Part shown: one piece after another, positions 39,397 through 48,335 of the stretch
Position numbering within the stretch: the stretch's first letter is position 1
How the letters are laid out: each line of letters begins with the position of its first letter
Assembly: GCA_039638295.1 (NCBI GenBank)
Contig: JBDIWJ010000008.1
Location: forward strand, 1 to 48,335
Reading direction: 5' to 3'
Length of the DNA stretch: 48,335 nucleotides
Source of the DNA: Candidatus Phoenicimicrobium oleiphilum
GTDB taxonomy: Bacteria > Atribacterota > Phoenicimicrobiia > Phoenicimicrobiales > Phoenicimicrobiaceae
Notes under the pieces: generated by a model
Told to the model about the DNA's origin: nothing
Databases searched by the model: none
Seen by the model: the letters and a program-made list of their open reading frames with translations, nothing else
Made by a program: the position numbers and the translations under genes

Positions 39397-39909
39397 CTAA
39401 CTAATTATTTTATAACAAGATACTATCTCTCCAAAGTAAAAAGTATGGTAATCATTATCTGTATAAACATCTTCTTTATATTCTTGGCAAAGAAAATCAG
39501 GATTCATTTTACTTTTATAAACAATTTTACATTCATAGTGAATCCCTGGAAGGTTAATAATAGGAGTGTCTACTTTTTGTCCAGGAACAGTATTTAAATT
39601 ACATTCTTGAAATTTATTAACATCTCGACCAGATTTGGTACCGCAAAAGTTCAAAACTTCTTCTAAATCTTCGGCAGGAGAGCTAACCGTAAAACTGGAG
39701 GCTTTTTCAATGATGTGGTGAGTAAAACGACTTTTCCTGACCATCACCACCATCATCGGTTTTCTCCATATATATCCAATAGCAGCCCAGCCTATAGTCA
39801 TAACATTTATCTTTTCATTATCTTTGGATTTAGCAATCAGAAAAGCCCCCTTAGATTTTATCTGCTCCATAACTTCTTCCGCCACAGATAAATAATTCAC
39901 TTTTTCCAT
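39397..39909 (-). CDS. Flavin reductase-like (flavoredoxin) protein
   Basis: NVMTIGW, SRFT, CGTKSGRDVNK, ECKI, HTFYFGEI. Confidence 0.9.
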   Translation of the reverse strand: MEKVNYLSVAEEVMEQIKSKGAFLIAKSKDNEKINVMTIGWAAIGYIWRKPMMVVMVRKSRFTHHIIEKASSFTVSSPAEDLEEVLNFCGTKSGRDVNKFQECNLNTVPGQKVDTPIINLPGIHYECKIVYKSKMNPDFLCQEYKEDVYTDNDYHTFYFGEIVSCYKIIS

Positions 39910-39954
39910 ATTGATTTACTCCTTAAAGATTCAAACATTTTTTTAATTTTTTAA

Positions 39955-40164
39955 TCAAATCTCTTTTAATTTCTCTACCATTTTTACAAAATCATCTATC
40001 CATTCTGCACTAAAGTTTATTCCCTTGGGAGTAGGAATATATTCTTCCCCATTTTTCACTTTCACATATTGCCTTAAATCAACTCTCTCTACTCCCCGAA
40101 ATTCACCAATAGACAAAACTAATCTCTTATTATCAGTAACATCTAATTGAGCAATTTGCTTCAT
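39955..40164 (-). CDS. PC4/YdbC-like ssDNA-binding protein
   Basis: SIGEFRG..RVDLRQY...PTPKGI; AAAGGAG RBS before the ATG at 40164. Confidence 0.82.
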   Translation of the reverse strand: MKQIAQLDVTDNKRLVLSIGEFRGVERVDLRQYVKVKNGEEYIPTPKGINFSAEWIDDFVKMVEKLKEI

Positions 40165-40213
40165 ATTTCTTCTCCTTTCTTCTACTTTGTTCTGCTTGTT
40201 ATTTACTGTATCT

Positions 40214-40537
40214 CTAAACTGCGTCTCGCATAAAATTTCTTTCACCAAAATCTTCTAAATTAATTATTTCTATTGTATTATTAGGATTTATCTTTTTTAT
40301 CTCCTCTATTTTCTGTTCAAAATCAGAAGAAAAAATCATTTCTATTACACTAATGTTTTCTACATAATCAATCACGTTTGGATGAGGGGGGTGGGGAATA
40401 ATAATATAGCATTTTTCTATTTTGTTTTTTCTGATATAGTCTTCCAAACTTCTCAAACAAACTATGCCTAACTTTTTAGCAAAAGAAATGATTACTTTTT
40501 CTTTTTCTTCTTTTTTAGATTTGCCTCTGATTAACAT
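40214..40537 (-). CDS. Hypothetical protein
   Basis: 107-aa ORF with GGAGAGG RBS, co-oriented within an operon. Confidence 0.65.
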   Translation of the reverse strand: MLIRGKSKKEEKEKVIISFAKKLGIVCLRSLEDYIRKNKIEKCYIIIPHPPHPNVIDYVENISVIEMIFSSDFEQKIEEIKKINPNNTIEIINLEDFGERNFMRDAV

Positions 40538-40550
40538 TTTTACGCCTCTC

Positions 40551-41210
40551 CTAATCCTTTATTAATTTAAGATGTTGAGTCCGTATAAAATACCCCTGAG
40601 GCATATAATTTAATAAAATATTATAAGTCCCTTCTGTTCTATATTCTGGCTGAATTCCTACAATCTCTAAATTTTTCACATCACAAGAAGTGGTAAAATA
40701 CTTCTGGGTAAATTCACCCAGATATGGACCTAAAAGGTTTGCGACAAGAAGAGCAATAATTATAGCCAAAATGCTAAAATATCCAGTTTGAATTAAAAAT
40801 ATTAAAAATAATAAGGCAGCAAGAAAATTTGCAATAGCTATACTCGTCCCACAATTTCGGTGTATGGCTAACTGACACTCCCCCTTTTTTAATAAATATA
40901 GACCTTCGCATGCTGCTTCAACAACTAAGTCAGGATCTGTAGCACCTGAAATTATAAATCCATTTTTTTGAGCTAAACCAGATAAAGGCAACCTTCTACC
41001 AGCATATTTTTCTAATACATTAATGGTGGCATGTTCCAGGGCATGATTCCTTCTAATTGCTTTATTCTTTGCAATATTTATAATCTGTTGAGGAACTGTA
41101 ATTAAAGTAATCAAAGAATATGCGGTAAAGCCATAAGGAATGAAGATAAGAGTGATTATAAAAAAAGATATGATTGCCAATATAAATAGATAGAAAAATA
41201 AAAATATCAT
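40551..41210 (-). CDS. Membrane protein with RRNHALEHAT motif (DUF6391-like)
   Basis: RRNHALEHATI, LAIHRNCGTS, TM helices. Confidence 0.75.
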   Translation of the reverse strand: MIFLFFYLFILAIISFFIITLIFIPYGFTAYSLITLITVPQQIINIAKNKAIRRNHALEHATINVLEKYAGRRLPLSGLAQKNGFIISGATDPDLVVEAACEGLYLLKKGECQLAIHRNCGTSIAIANFLAALLFLIFLIQTGYFSILAIIIALLVANLLGPYLGEFTQKYFTTSCDVKNLEIVGIQPEYRTEGTYNILLNYMPQGYFIRTQHLKLIKD

Positions 41211-41224
41211 TTTTGCTCCTTTTT

Positions 41225-41320
41225 AAATTGATAAATTCACCAATCTACCAATTTACCGATTCCCCAATTTACCGATTAAATTGATTTGTTAGTTAACCAG
41301 TTGACTGGTTTACCAGTTTT
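41225..41320. repeat. Octamer tandem repeat tract
   Basis: AATTCACC AATCTACC AATTTACC GATTCCCC AATTTACC GATTAAAT; AGTTAACC AGTTGACT GGTTTACC. Confidence 0.65.
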
Positions 41321-43464
41321 CAGTTCACTGTAAAAGTATTCACCCAATCAGGTTGATTCGGTCTTTCTCTCTTTTCTCCCATCTCCTGCCATTTTTCATC
41401 AGTTAATCTATCCTCTATAGGATGTTTAAATTCATAATAAGAAAACACTGCTCCCCTGCAAATTCTAATTCCCCTGTCATCATATATTATAACATAAATA
41501 TTAAATGGTGAGCCAACTCCTTCCTCTAAAACTTGCCCGGTATTTACATCAGTATGGACATCTGCCACAATCTCCATCTTTTCATCAGTATCAGAGGTTA
41601 TTTTTTCCATAATTTCTGAAGGGAATTCCTTTAAAGATTCAAGTTTTTTCCCGATATCCCATATAACCTCATATTCCTCATTATCTAAAGGTATATTATT
41701 GATTTCTTTTTTTGAAATTACTTTTAATTTATTCAATAACTCTTCAAATTCTTTTATTTTCTCGGAAATACCCTCAATACCAAGGTCAAGGGTAATAAGA
41801 TTATTTCTTAAATCCCTTATCATCTCTTCTAACCTGGCATAAACTTCCGGATAAGGTTCAACATATCCATAAGTTAAAATTGGCTCTGGGGGCAATCCCT
41901 TACTTGCCATAGTATAACTCTGTTTAGCATACAAAATGGTATCATGTCTTAATTCGGTCCAGGAACCCAACACAGCTTGCAACTCCTTATCCATCCAGGC
42001 AGAACTTTGCATAAAGCAAGGCAAATTGGTGTCTTTATTTTCTTTCAATAAAGGAAGCAGAGCATAAAGCCAGCGCCAGTAGAGATTTTGCTTCCATTCC
42101 TCCGTACTTTTAAGGGAAAATTCTTCTTGTAATTTATTTAATTGATTATAATACTCGGTATATTCAGTATCTCCTTCTATCTCCAAAATTTCTAATGCCC
42201 TCTTTGAACCCAAAACTGCACATATGTCTAATCCCCGAGGAAAAGCCCTGACCGGACCAATGTTAGGAATAATTTCCATAGTAAAAGGTTCCTTATCGCC
42301 AGTATATTGCATAATTATCTTTTCATCTTTCACCCCAAATACCAACTCTTGAAACATATAAGAATCAGGAATAAATCTCTGTCCCATAAATCTGAAACCC
42401 TGGGTTGAAACTCTAAAATCATTATCTTCTACAAAAGCCAAACCCGAAAGAATTTTAGGTGCTTTTAATTGTATCGCCCTATCAATAAATTCAGCGAGCC
42501 TTTCCTGATTATTATATTTATCCACAGAATCATTAAGAGGGAATATTTCCTTTATAAGTTTTATATAATCATCGACATATAAATCATCGGTATTTCCCAC
42601 AAAATAGACGGTGGGCTCATAAACCATCTTCCATAATTGAAAAGCTTTTTTATCCCTTAAAAGGGCATCAGCCATCAAAATAGCTTGTAGGGTCATCTTT
42701 TCCCCATAAGTAATGGGTGTTTCATCTTTGCCAGGTCTTAACTTAAAATCAATGCGTCCATACCACATCATTGCCCGAAAATAAGCTTTAAATTTTTCAT
42801 TTCTGGTATAGTGACCCCGAGGGATATACTGGCTATAATCTTCGTAGGCATAAGGAGTCTGAAAAGGGTCAGGATTTTCTACATAGGTTAAAAGCTCCCG
42901 GAATTCTAATCCTTTATGATTTTTTATATTTTCACATTCTTTTTCTACCAATTCTTCTAATTTATAACCAGCTTGATACTCCGGCTCAAATTGCTTTTTA
43001 GCCACCGTAAAAAAGCCAATATTTAAATATGCTGCTTTTTTTACTTCCTCATCATTTGCCTGTTCATATTGTTTAATAGAAAGTTCGATCATTCGGTCAG
43101 TAAGTTCAATCGCAGAATCATACAGTTTTTCTATCTCCAAAATTCGCAAAAGAAAATCAAAAAATATATGAGTGGTATGGAGAACTGCGTCAGTAGTAAC
43201 AAATACAGGTTGATTTATCTCTTTGCACTCCTTGTAAACCTGGTAAATTTCATTATAATAAGCAGGAGTGACTACAAATCCATTTTTCTTAAGCAATTCT
43301 ATAGCTTCATCAGACAAATGAAATTGTCGGATATTAGAAATATCTTCAAGAGAGTATAAATCTTTTTTGTTTTCTGCAGAAAAGATTGGCAAAGCGACCA
43401 GAAGAAACAGAAGAAATAATACTAAAAAATAAATCTTAATTGTTTTTAAATTTACTTTTTTCAT
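41320..43464 (-). CDS. DUF3160 exported protein
   Basis: EDYSQYIPRGHYT, YFRAMMWYG, GQRFIPD, SWTELRHDTILYAKQ, GYVEP, ADVHT, YYEF, RLTDEKW. Confidence 0.88.
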   Translation of the reverse strand: MKKVNLKTIKIYFLVLFLLFLLVALPIFSAENKKDLYSLEDISNIRQFHLSDEAIELLKKNGFVVTPAYYNEIYQVYKECKEINQPVFVTTDAVLHTTHIFFDFLLRILEIEKLYDSAIELTDRMIELSIKQYEQANDEEVKKAAYLNIGFFTVAKKQFEPEYQAGYKLEELVEKECENIKNHKGLEFRELLTYVENPDPFQTPYAYEDYSQYIPRGHYTRNEKFKAYFRAMMWYGRIDFKLRPGKDETPITYGEKMTLQAILMADALLRDKKAFQLWKMVYEPTVYFVGNTDDLYVDDYIKLIKEIFPLNDSVDKYNNQERLAEFIDRAIQLKAPKILSGLAFVEDNDFRVSTQGFRFMGQRFIPDSYMFQELVFGVKDEKIIMQYTGDKEPFTMEIIPNIGPVRAFPRGLDICAVLGSKRALEILEIEGDTEYTEYYNQLNKLQEEFSLKSTEEWKQNLYWRWLYALLPLLKENKDTNLPCFMQSSAWMDKELQAVLGSWTELRHDTILYAKQSYTMASKGLPPEPILTYGYVEPYPEVYARLEEMIRDLRNNLITLDLGIEGISEKIKEFEELLNKLKVISKKEINNIPLDNEEYEVIWDIGKKLESLKEFPSEIMEKITSDTDEKMEIVADVHTDVNTGQVLEEGVGSPFNIYVIIYDDRGIRICRGAVFSYYEFKHPIEDRLTDEKWQEMGEKRERPNQPDWVNTFTVN

Positions 43465-43528
43465 TTTTTTATTCTCATTCTTTTGGTCATTAGTATATTG
43501 TATCTCGCATTGCATATCGAGTACTTTT

Positions 43529-43615
43529 GGGCACGATTCATCGGATCCCTAACTCCTGAATTCTCTCTTCCTTTCTTCACTATAAAGTATACTATATACT
43601 CGACATTCGATAAGA
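43529..43615. repeat. Hybrid REP plus heptamer remnants
   Basis: GGGCACG-ATTCAT-CGGATCCCTA; ACTCCTG AATTCTC; TATACTA TATACTC. Confidence 0.45.
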
Positions 43616-43617
43616 GT

Positions 43618-44580
43618 TCATTCAACCGACTCTTTTAAAAAATCAAAAAAGCCATTTAAGTACCCTAAACCTACCAACATATCTTTTTTCATTAATTCGA
43701 TTAATTTCTGGCTTTCTTTCGAATTTGCCATCCTGATTATTTCTTGTTCCTCAAGGGTTATAAATTTTTCGTGATTATCTAAAATAGGAAATAATTTCAT
43801 AGTTTCTCTATAAGATAAAGTAAAATCTTTTCTTGCTTCTTTACTTAATTCAATCGCTGCCTTTTCCACTTCATCTATTTTAACCATTTTAACTTTGGGA
43901 AGAATATTATAGAATTCATCTTTTTTATGCTCAAAAAGATATCCATTAAAATCCTCATAGCCATAATGGGCATTAGTAACCAATACTGTTAGTTTTTTTA
44001 CATTAAAAAATTTCTTAAAAAGGACATCTAATGGAGCGGGGTAAGTGTGATAAGGTTGGGACAAGTCTTCTAAATAATGAATAGCTCGAGCAGCAAATCG
44101 GAAACCCCAATAATAATCTCCCTTTTTAAAAGCAATTTTAGCCATTTCAAAAAAGTGGTTAGCCCTCTGATGGGCTACTCCAGCTTTTAATAAACCACCA
44201 AACACTGAAAAATACATATGACGATAACCCTGACTTCCACCAGTTAATGCCTGTATTTTATCTAATTCTAAATTGGTATCCAAATCCCGGTCTGGCTCAT
44301 CAGAATATTTTATCAGAATGTCAGAAGCCTTTACTTTCCCTCCAATCTCTTCATCAACATATTTTATGACAAAATCTGAATTGTATTCACTCTGGTCTAT
44401 TCCTCTATAAGTATAAGGGGTTACTTCAATATCGGCAAAATTTTTTATCCAATCATTGTTTTTTATAGCTAGTTCAGTATAAAAATAGTGGCTGTTCCAG
44501 GAAAATACATTTACAGAACTAAAGATTAAAACAGAAAGAATTAGCAGACTAAAAATCGATATCTTCTTTTTAAACTTCAT
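43618..44580 (-). CDS. Exported zinc-dependent phospholipase C / P1-nuclease-fold protein
   Basis: Signal peptide then W-x-x-H; EPD; HYLEDLSQPYH; HYGYE. Confidence 0.8.
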   Translation of the reverse strand: MKFKKKISIFSLLILSVLIFSSVNVFSWNSHYFYTELAIKNNDWIKNFADIEVTPYTYRGIDQSEYNSDFVIKYVDEEIGGKVKASDILIKYSDEPDRDLDTNLELDKIQALTGGSQGYRHMYFSVFGGLLKAGVAHQRANHFFEMAKIAFKKGDYYWGFRFAARAIHYLEDLSQPYHTYPAPLDVLFKKFFNVKKLTVLVTNAHYGYEDFNGYLFEHKKDEFYNILPKVKMVKIDEVEKAAIELSKEARKDFTLSYRETMKLFPILDNHEKFITLEEQEIIRMANSKESQKLIELMKKDMLVGLGYLNGFFDFLKESVE

Positions 44581-44673
44581 AATTAACTCCTAAATTTTTT
44601 AATTTAAATTCTCCTTGAAATTTACCTTCACCAAAGCGAAAACAGAAAAAAAGAGAAAATTTCTGCCTCTATT

Positions 44674-45801
44674 TTATCTTTCAAAAGGAAATTTATACTG
44701 GGTCAATCCAAGTTCCTCTTTTAAATTGATGATTTGTTGTTGAAGATTCTGGTTGATAGGTGCGCCTTTATCTTTTCTCTCCAACCAGGACAGATACTCT
44801 TTTTCTCCAGCAGTATAAATTCTCTCTGCCCCAGGGGCTTTTTTAGAGGCACGAAGATTACGAAGTATGTCTCCAGTTATCTTCTTAAATGATTCAAGGT
44901 CTGTAAAAGAAGATATATTAATCGCTATAAAAAAATGACCCAGGTTGATGGGTACTGATTTACCGTCTTGTATTCCCGATAACATCTTAAGATATTTCCC
45001 ATTTTGCAGGGCGGCGGAAAGGATTTCTACTACAGTAGCATAACCATACCCTTTATAACCAGCAGTCTCTTCTCCGATGCCACCCAAAGGAGCAAGGGCA
45101 GCTTTTCCAGTTTTTAAATCCTGCAAAATTTGATGGGTATCTGTTCTGGTCTTTCCATCTTCTCCAATTACCCATCCTGGAGGGATATCCTTTCCTGCTC
45201 GGTCATAAACTTCTATCTTCCCTCGTTGAGTAATTGAGGTGGCACAATCAAGAATAAAGGGGAACTCCTCATCAGAAGGAGCACCATAAGCTAAAGGATT
45301 AGTCCCCAACATATTTTCTACTCCAAAAGTAGGAGCAATAGAAGGACGGGCATTGGTACCAGTAATCCCAATCATCCCTGCCTCGATAGCCATTAAGATA
45401 TAATAGCCGGCAATCCCGTAATGGGTTGAGTTTCTTACTGCTACCATCCCTAAACCCATTTTTTTAGCTTTTTCTATAGCCAGAGCCATAGACTTTTTAG
45501 CAATTACCTGCCCCATTCCATTGTGTCCATCAACAACCGCAGTAGTTGGACCATCTTTGATAATTTCTATATTTGTTTTAGGTGATTGAATCCCGGCTTT
45601 AATTCGGTCATAATATATAGGCTTTAAACGGCCTATACCATGTGAATCTATCCCTCTCTTATCAGCGGTAATCAATACATCAGCACATATTTTTGCATCC
45701 CCTTCCGGGACTCCTACCCCTTTAAAAACATCAACCATAAAATTTTCCAAAGTATCAAAATCGACCCAAACTACCTTTTCTGAATTCTCTAACAATACCA
45801 T
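44674..45801 (-). CDS. Ldh_2 family (malate/lactate/ureidoglycolate) dehydrogenase
   Basis: GIDSHG, DGHNGMG, NSTHYG, GTNPLA, GYKGYG. Confidence 0.92.
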   Translation of the reverse strand: MVLLENSEKVVWVDFDTLENFMVDVFKGVGVPEGDAKICADVLITADKRGIDSHGIGRLKPIYYDRIKAGIQSPKTNIEIIKDGPTTAVVDGHNGMGQVIAKKSMALAIEKAKKMGLGMVAVRNSTHYGIAGYYILMAIEAGMIGITGTNARPSIAPTFGVENMLGTNPLAYGAPSDEEFPFILDCATSITQRGKIEVYDRAGKDIPPGWVIGEDGKTRTDTHQILQDLKTGKAALAPLGGIGEETAGYKGYGYATVVEILSAALQNGKYLKMLSGIQDGKSVPINLGHFFIAINISSFTDLESFKKITGDILRNLRASKKAPGAERIYTAGEKEYLSWLERKDKGAPINQNLQQQIINLKEELGLTQYKFPFER

Positions 45802-45824
45802 CGCCTCCTCAATTTTTTTATTAA

Positions 45825-47300
45825 CTATTTGGCCATCTCTTTTTTAAACCATTTAAAAACTTCCCAGGTTGCCTTTAGATCTTCCTGATTATATTTAAGA
45901 ATTTTTTCAATGATTCCTTTTCTAATTCCTCTATCTTCTGTCTCCACAGCTTCAATATACTTAGCTATGGCCCAATTGCCTCCATACTCTTCTTGGGTTC
46001 TTTTAAATCCGGCAACTCGTTCTACTACTTTAAGACTGTAACTTGGTTCGGCTAATATTAGAGATTTCTTAACCAAAGCACATAAATCGACTAAATTTTT
46101 TAAAACCCTCTCTGCCAATCCTTCAATATCACCATATCTTTGCAGGTAAAGTTTTATCTTTGTTTTCTCATAAGAAGCCCAATGAATAAAGGGAATATCT
46201 CCATAGTTTGCAAATATCTTTTGACTATTTTTAAGAAAATTTTTCCAACCTTTATAATCTCCTTCATCCTCTATAGGCGCTAAAGCAGGAAGATAGGCAG
46301 AATCGTTTTCCCCAAAGACTTGCATCCCCCATAAATATATCTTCTCTAAATCATCAAGATAAGGTGGGATCCCTTCTAAATCAAACATAACATAATTATT
46401 AGAAGAAGGCAAATCAATCTTTTTGATAAGGATATTTCTTTTTTCTTTCATAGCTCGAGCTTGTAATAATATCTTGTTTGCTTTTTTCCCTACTTTCTGT
46501 ATCTTCTCGCCCCATGATCTATTTACCTCTGCTAATGATGTCTCATCATAATTATCTAATAGTTGTCCTATCTTGGTAATCCCTTTTCCCCAGAAGAAAC
46601 GAGCTAATCCTTGATCAACACCATATACTAATGCCACATCTTTATTCTTTACCGCAATCTCCCAACATATATGTCTATAACCGCAACCCATACATTTAGA
46701 CCATCCTACGGGAGAATAGGGAGGTTTCTCTTTTTCTGCAATATTTATCACTCTACTTAGTATCTCTCCTGGATTTATAACTTCCAATTTAGTAATATCC
46801 AATAGACTGTTATCACCCAGAACTGCATCCATCTTTTTAACTTTCTGGCCAGTCAATTTTTCTAACAATAACCCATAAATTTTAATCTGAGCAATTACCT
46901 CTTGATGCCTTTTATCATCAATATGTCTGGCTAATTTGCAATCTCTAATTCTATACCCTCCTTCTTCATAAATCAAAAAATCAGGAATCCCAATAACTGT
47001 AACAAGTTTATTATTTACTATTAATTCTTCGCAAATTACACCTTGGTAAATTATCGGCACTTTTTCGGTAATATATTTCTTAGTAATGGCAATTCGTTCT
47101 TTTAATCTCCCCCTGGAAGCGTCTGTATACTCACCAATACTTCTTAAATAATTTTCTTCGTGACGGAGCCCTAATTTATATATTAATTGCTCAAAAGGAC
47201 CGGGTTCTAATGGTTTTATATTATTGTAAGCAAAGAATAATCTTCTCTCACAATAAGAGGGAGCAAATAGATTGTAAATAATTTGAGCGGATATTCTCAT
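45825..47300 (-). CDS. TM0106-family RecB-like nuclease (PD-(D/E)xK + RNase H-like exonuclease domain)
   Basis: GIPDFL..RDCK; Cys + CxxCxxxxxC; HhH GVDQG; FDLEG; SYSLK.VE; YNQEDL. Confidence 0.85.
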   Translation of the reverse strand: MRISAQIIYNLFAPSYCERRLFFAYNNIKPLEPGPFEQLIYKLGLRHEENYLRSIGEYTDASRGRLKERIAITKKYITEKVPIIYQGVICEELIVNNKLVTVIGIPDFLIYEEGGYRIRDCKLARHIDDKRHQEVIAQIKIYGLLLEKLTGQKVKKMDAVLGDNSLLDITKLEVINPGEILSRVINIAEKEKPPYSPVGWSKCMGCGYRHICWEIAVKNKDVALVYGVDQGLARFFWGKGITKIGQLLDNYDETSLAEVNRSWGEKIQKVGKKANKILLQARAMKEKRNILIKKIDLPSSNNYVMFDLEGIPPYLDDLEKIYLWGMQVFGENDSAYLPALAPIEDEGDYKGWKNFLKNSQKIFANYGDIPFIHWASYEKTKIKLYLQRYGDIEGLAERVLKNLVDLCALVKKSLILAEPSYSLKVVERVAGFKRTQEEYGGNWAIAKYIEAVETEDRGIRKGIIEKILKYNQEDLKATWEVFKWFKKEMAK

Positions 47301-47593
47301 ACTTTTTATTATCCCATCTAAATTTAATAATAGCAACTAAATAAGATTGTCAGGGAAGTCCACTCTTCTCTTGAAACTGATATTCCTTTTTTGTTTCTTT
47401 TTAGTTTCATATCACTTGACTGTCAGATTAAGAAAAATCTATAAAAAGGAATCAATATTACTTGAACTTAAATTTAATATAACAAAAGTAAAAATGTTTT
47501 TCAATTATTTTATTTTTTCCAAAACGAAAAAAGCAATCTTGCGATGGAGAGAACTGGAGATAAAAAGAAAATGAAAAATAATTCCTAATAATG

Positions 47594-47622
47594 TTGACAG
47601 GATATTATATTATTGATATATT
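47594..47622 (+). promoter_or_regulatory. Sigma70 promoter of the GntR gene
   Basis: TTGACA-N17-TATATT with extended -10 TG; followed by GATATAATAATTATATATC near-palindrome (possible operator). Confidence 0.6.
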
Positions 47623-47654
47623 AATGATATAATAATTATATATCGGTGATATTT

Positions 47655-48278
47655 ATGGTAAATAAAGAAATTTATTCAGAGCTTAAAAAACGTATAGTAT
47701 ATTTAGATTATAAACCAAAGCAATTATTAAACATTAAAGACTTAGCTAAAGAATTTGGGGTAAGTCCTATGCCTATTCGCGAAGTACTTATTCTTCTGGA
47801 AACTGAAAAATTAGTTCATATAATTCCTAATAATGGCATTTATGTTACTGATGTAAGTTTTCAGGAACTTAAAGATGTTTTTGAAATTAGGCTTTTTTTA
47901 ATTGGACTTGTAGGAAGATTGGCAGCTCAAAGAATAACTGCTGAAGAATTGGACAAACTAAAAGAACTTAATAAGAAGATAAAACAAGAAAAGAATCGAA
48001 ATAAGTTAATTCAATTAGATGCAGAATTCCATAACCTGGTTAACAGCTCTACCAAGAATCAAACCTTAGCTGAAACCTTAAAAAGATTACGAAATCAAAT
48101 TGGCCGCCTCTGGTTCTTCGCTAAAGAAAATGATGCTTATTCACAACAAATCCCCAAAGATTTTGAAGAACTTATAAAAGCATTAGAAGATAGAGACCAA
48201 AATAAAAGTCAGGAGATTTTAAAAAATCACGCTATTCATTTTATCGAACAGATAAAAAGCAGTTTATATAGTGAATAA
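47655..48278 (+). CDS. GntR family regulator (FCD domain)
   Basis: LAKEFGVSPMPIRE, FEIRL, DAEFH, N.TL. Confidence 0.92.
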   Translation: MVNKEIYSELKKRIVYLDYKPKQLLNIKDLAKEFGVSPMPIREVLILLETEKLVHIIPNNGIYVTDVSFQELKDVFEIRLFLIGLVGRLAAQRITAEELDKLKELNKKIKQEKNRNKLIQLDAEFHNLVNSSTKNQTLAETLKRLRNQIGRLWFFAKENDAYSQQIPKDFEELIKALEDRDQNKSQEILKNHAIHFIEQIKSSLYSE

Positions 48279-48320
48279 AGTTAAATTCATTTAAATTTAA
48301 AATATAAAAAAGGAGATAAA

Positions 48321-48335
48321 ATGAAAAAAATCTTA
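48321..48335 (+). CDS. Start of a downstream gene (MKKIL...)
   Basis: AGGAG RBS at 48311-48315 followed by ATG. Confidence 0.55.

Noticed and set aside
2767..43359. Antisense/shadow ORFs in the track (e.g. 2767, 6863, 10479, 14139, 16070, 17512, 18317, 19602, 23345, 25061, 29328, 34724, 36090, 43069)
   Set aside because: They lie opposite or inside well-supported genes and have antisense-like composition.
45825..47300. Cas4 / CRISPR adaptation gene
   Set aside because: Domain architecture fits the TM0106 family; no cas1/cas2 or array nearby.
47347..47574. 75-aa ORF or IS-end remnant between the nuclease and gntR
   Set aside because: TTG start without RBS, low complexity, promoter-like region; the GTCAGG/CTTGAC inverted match is too short to support.

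Overview
AT-rich chromosomal window from an anaerobic bacterium. Gene content and composition are reminiscent of Atribacterota/JS1-like or Firmicutes-like fermenters, but that is inference only. The left end carries a divergent PreA/DHODH-like Fe-S flavoprotein and an IS graveyard: a frameshifted IS3 sandwiched between two oppositely oriented, 5'-truncated ISLre2 remnants, plus a tiny inverted-repeat Y1-transposase relic. The rest is mostly metabolic and housekeeping genes: UbiB kinase, a membrane SAM-domain protein, two ATP-activated radical dehydratase-type systems, acyl-CoA dehydrogenase, pcm, Ste24 peptidase, NatAB-like ABC exporter, queG, PspC, DUF72/DUF763/HAD, a diguanylate cyclase divergent from a LexA/CI-like regulator, a liv operon, 5'-nucleotidase-LysM, a PC4 protein, DUF3160, Zn-phospholipase C, an Ldh_2 dehydrogenase, a TM0106 nuclease and GntR. 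The most unusual signal is intergenic. There are five co-oriented copies of a ~210-bp composite element (terminal inverted repeats plus a nested GTAG-REP doublet), a second REP family sharing the ATGAAT loop, and mosaics of 7- and 8-bp tandem repeats. Three genes also have a strong 'orphan' Shine-Dalgarno motif ~60-80 nt upstream of their real RBS. No rRNA, tRNA or CRISPR array was seen.
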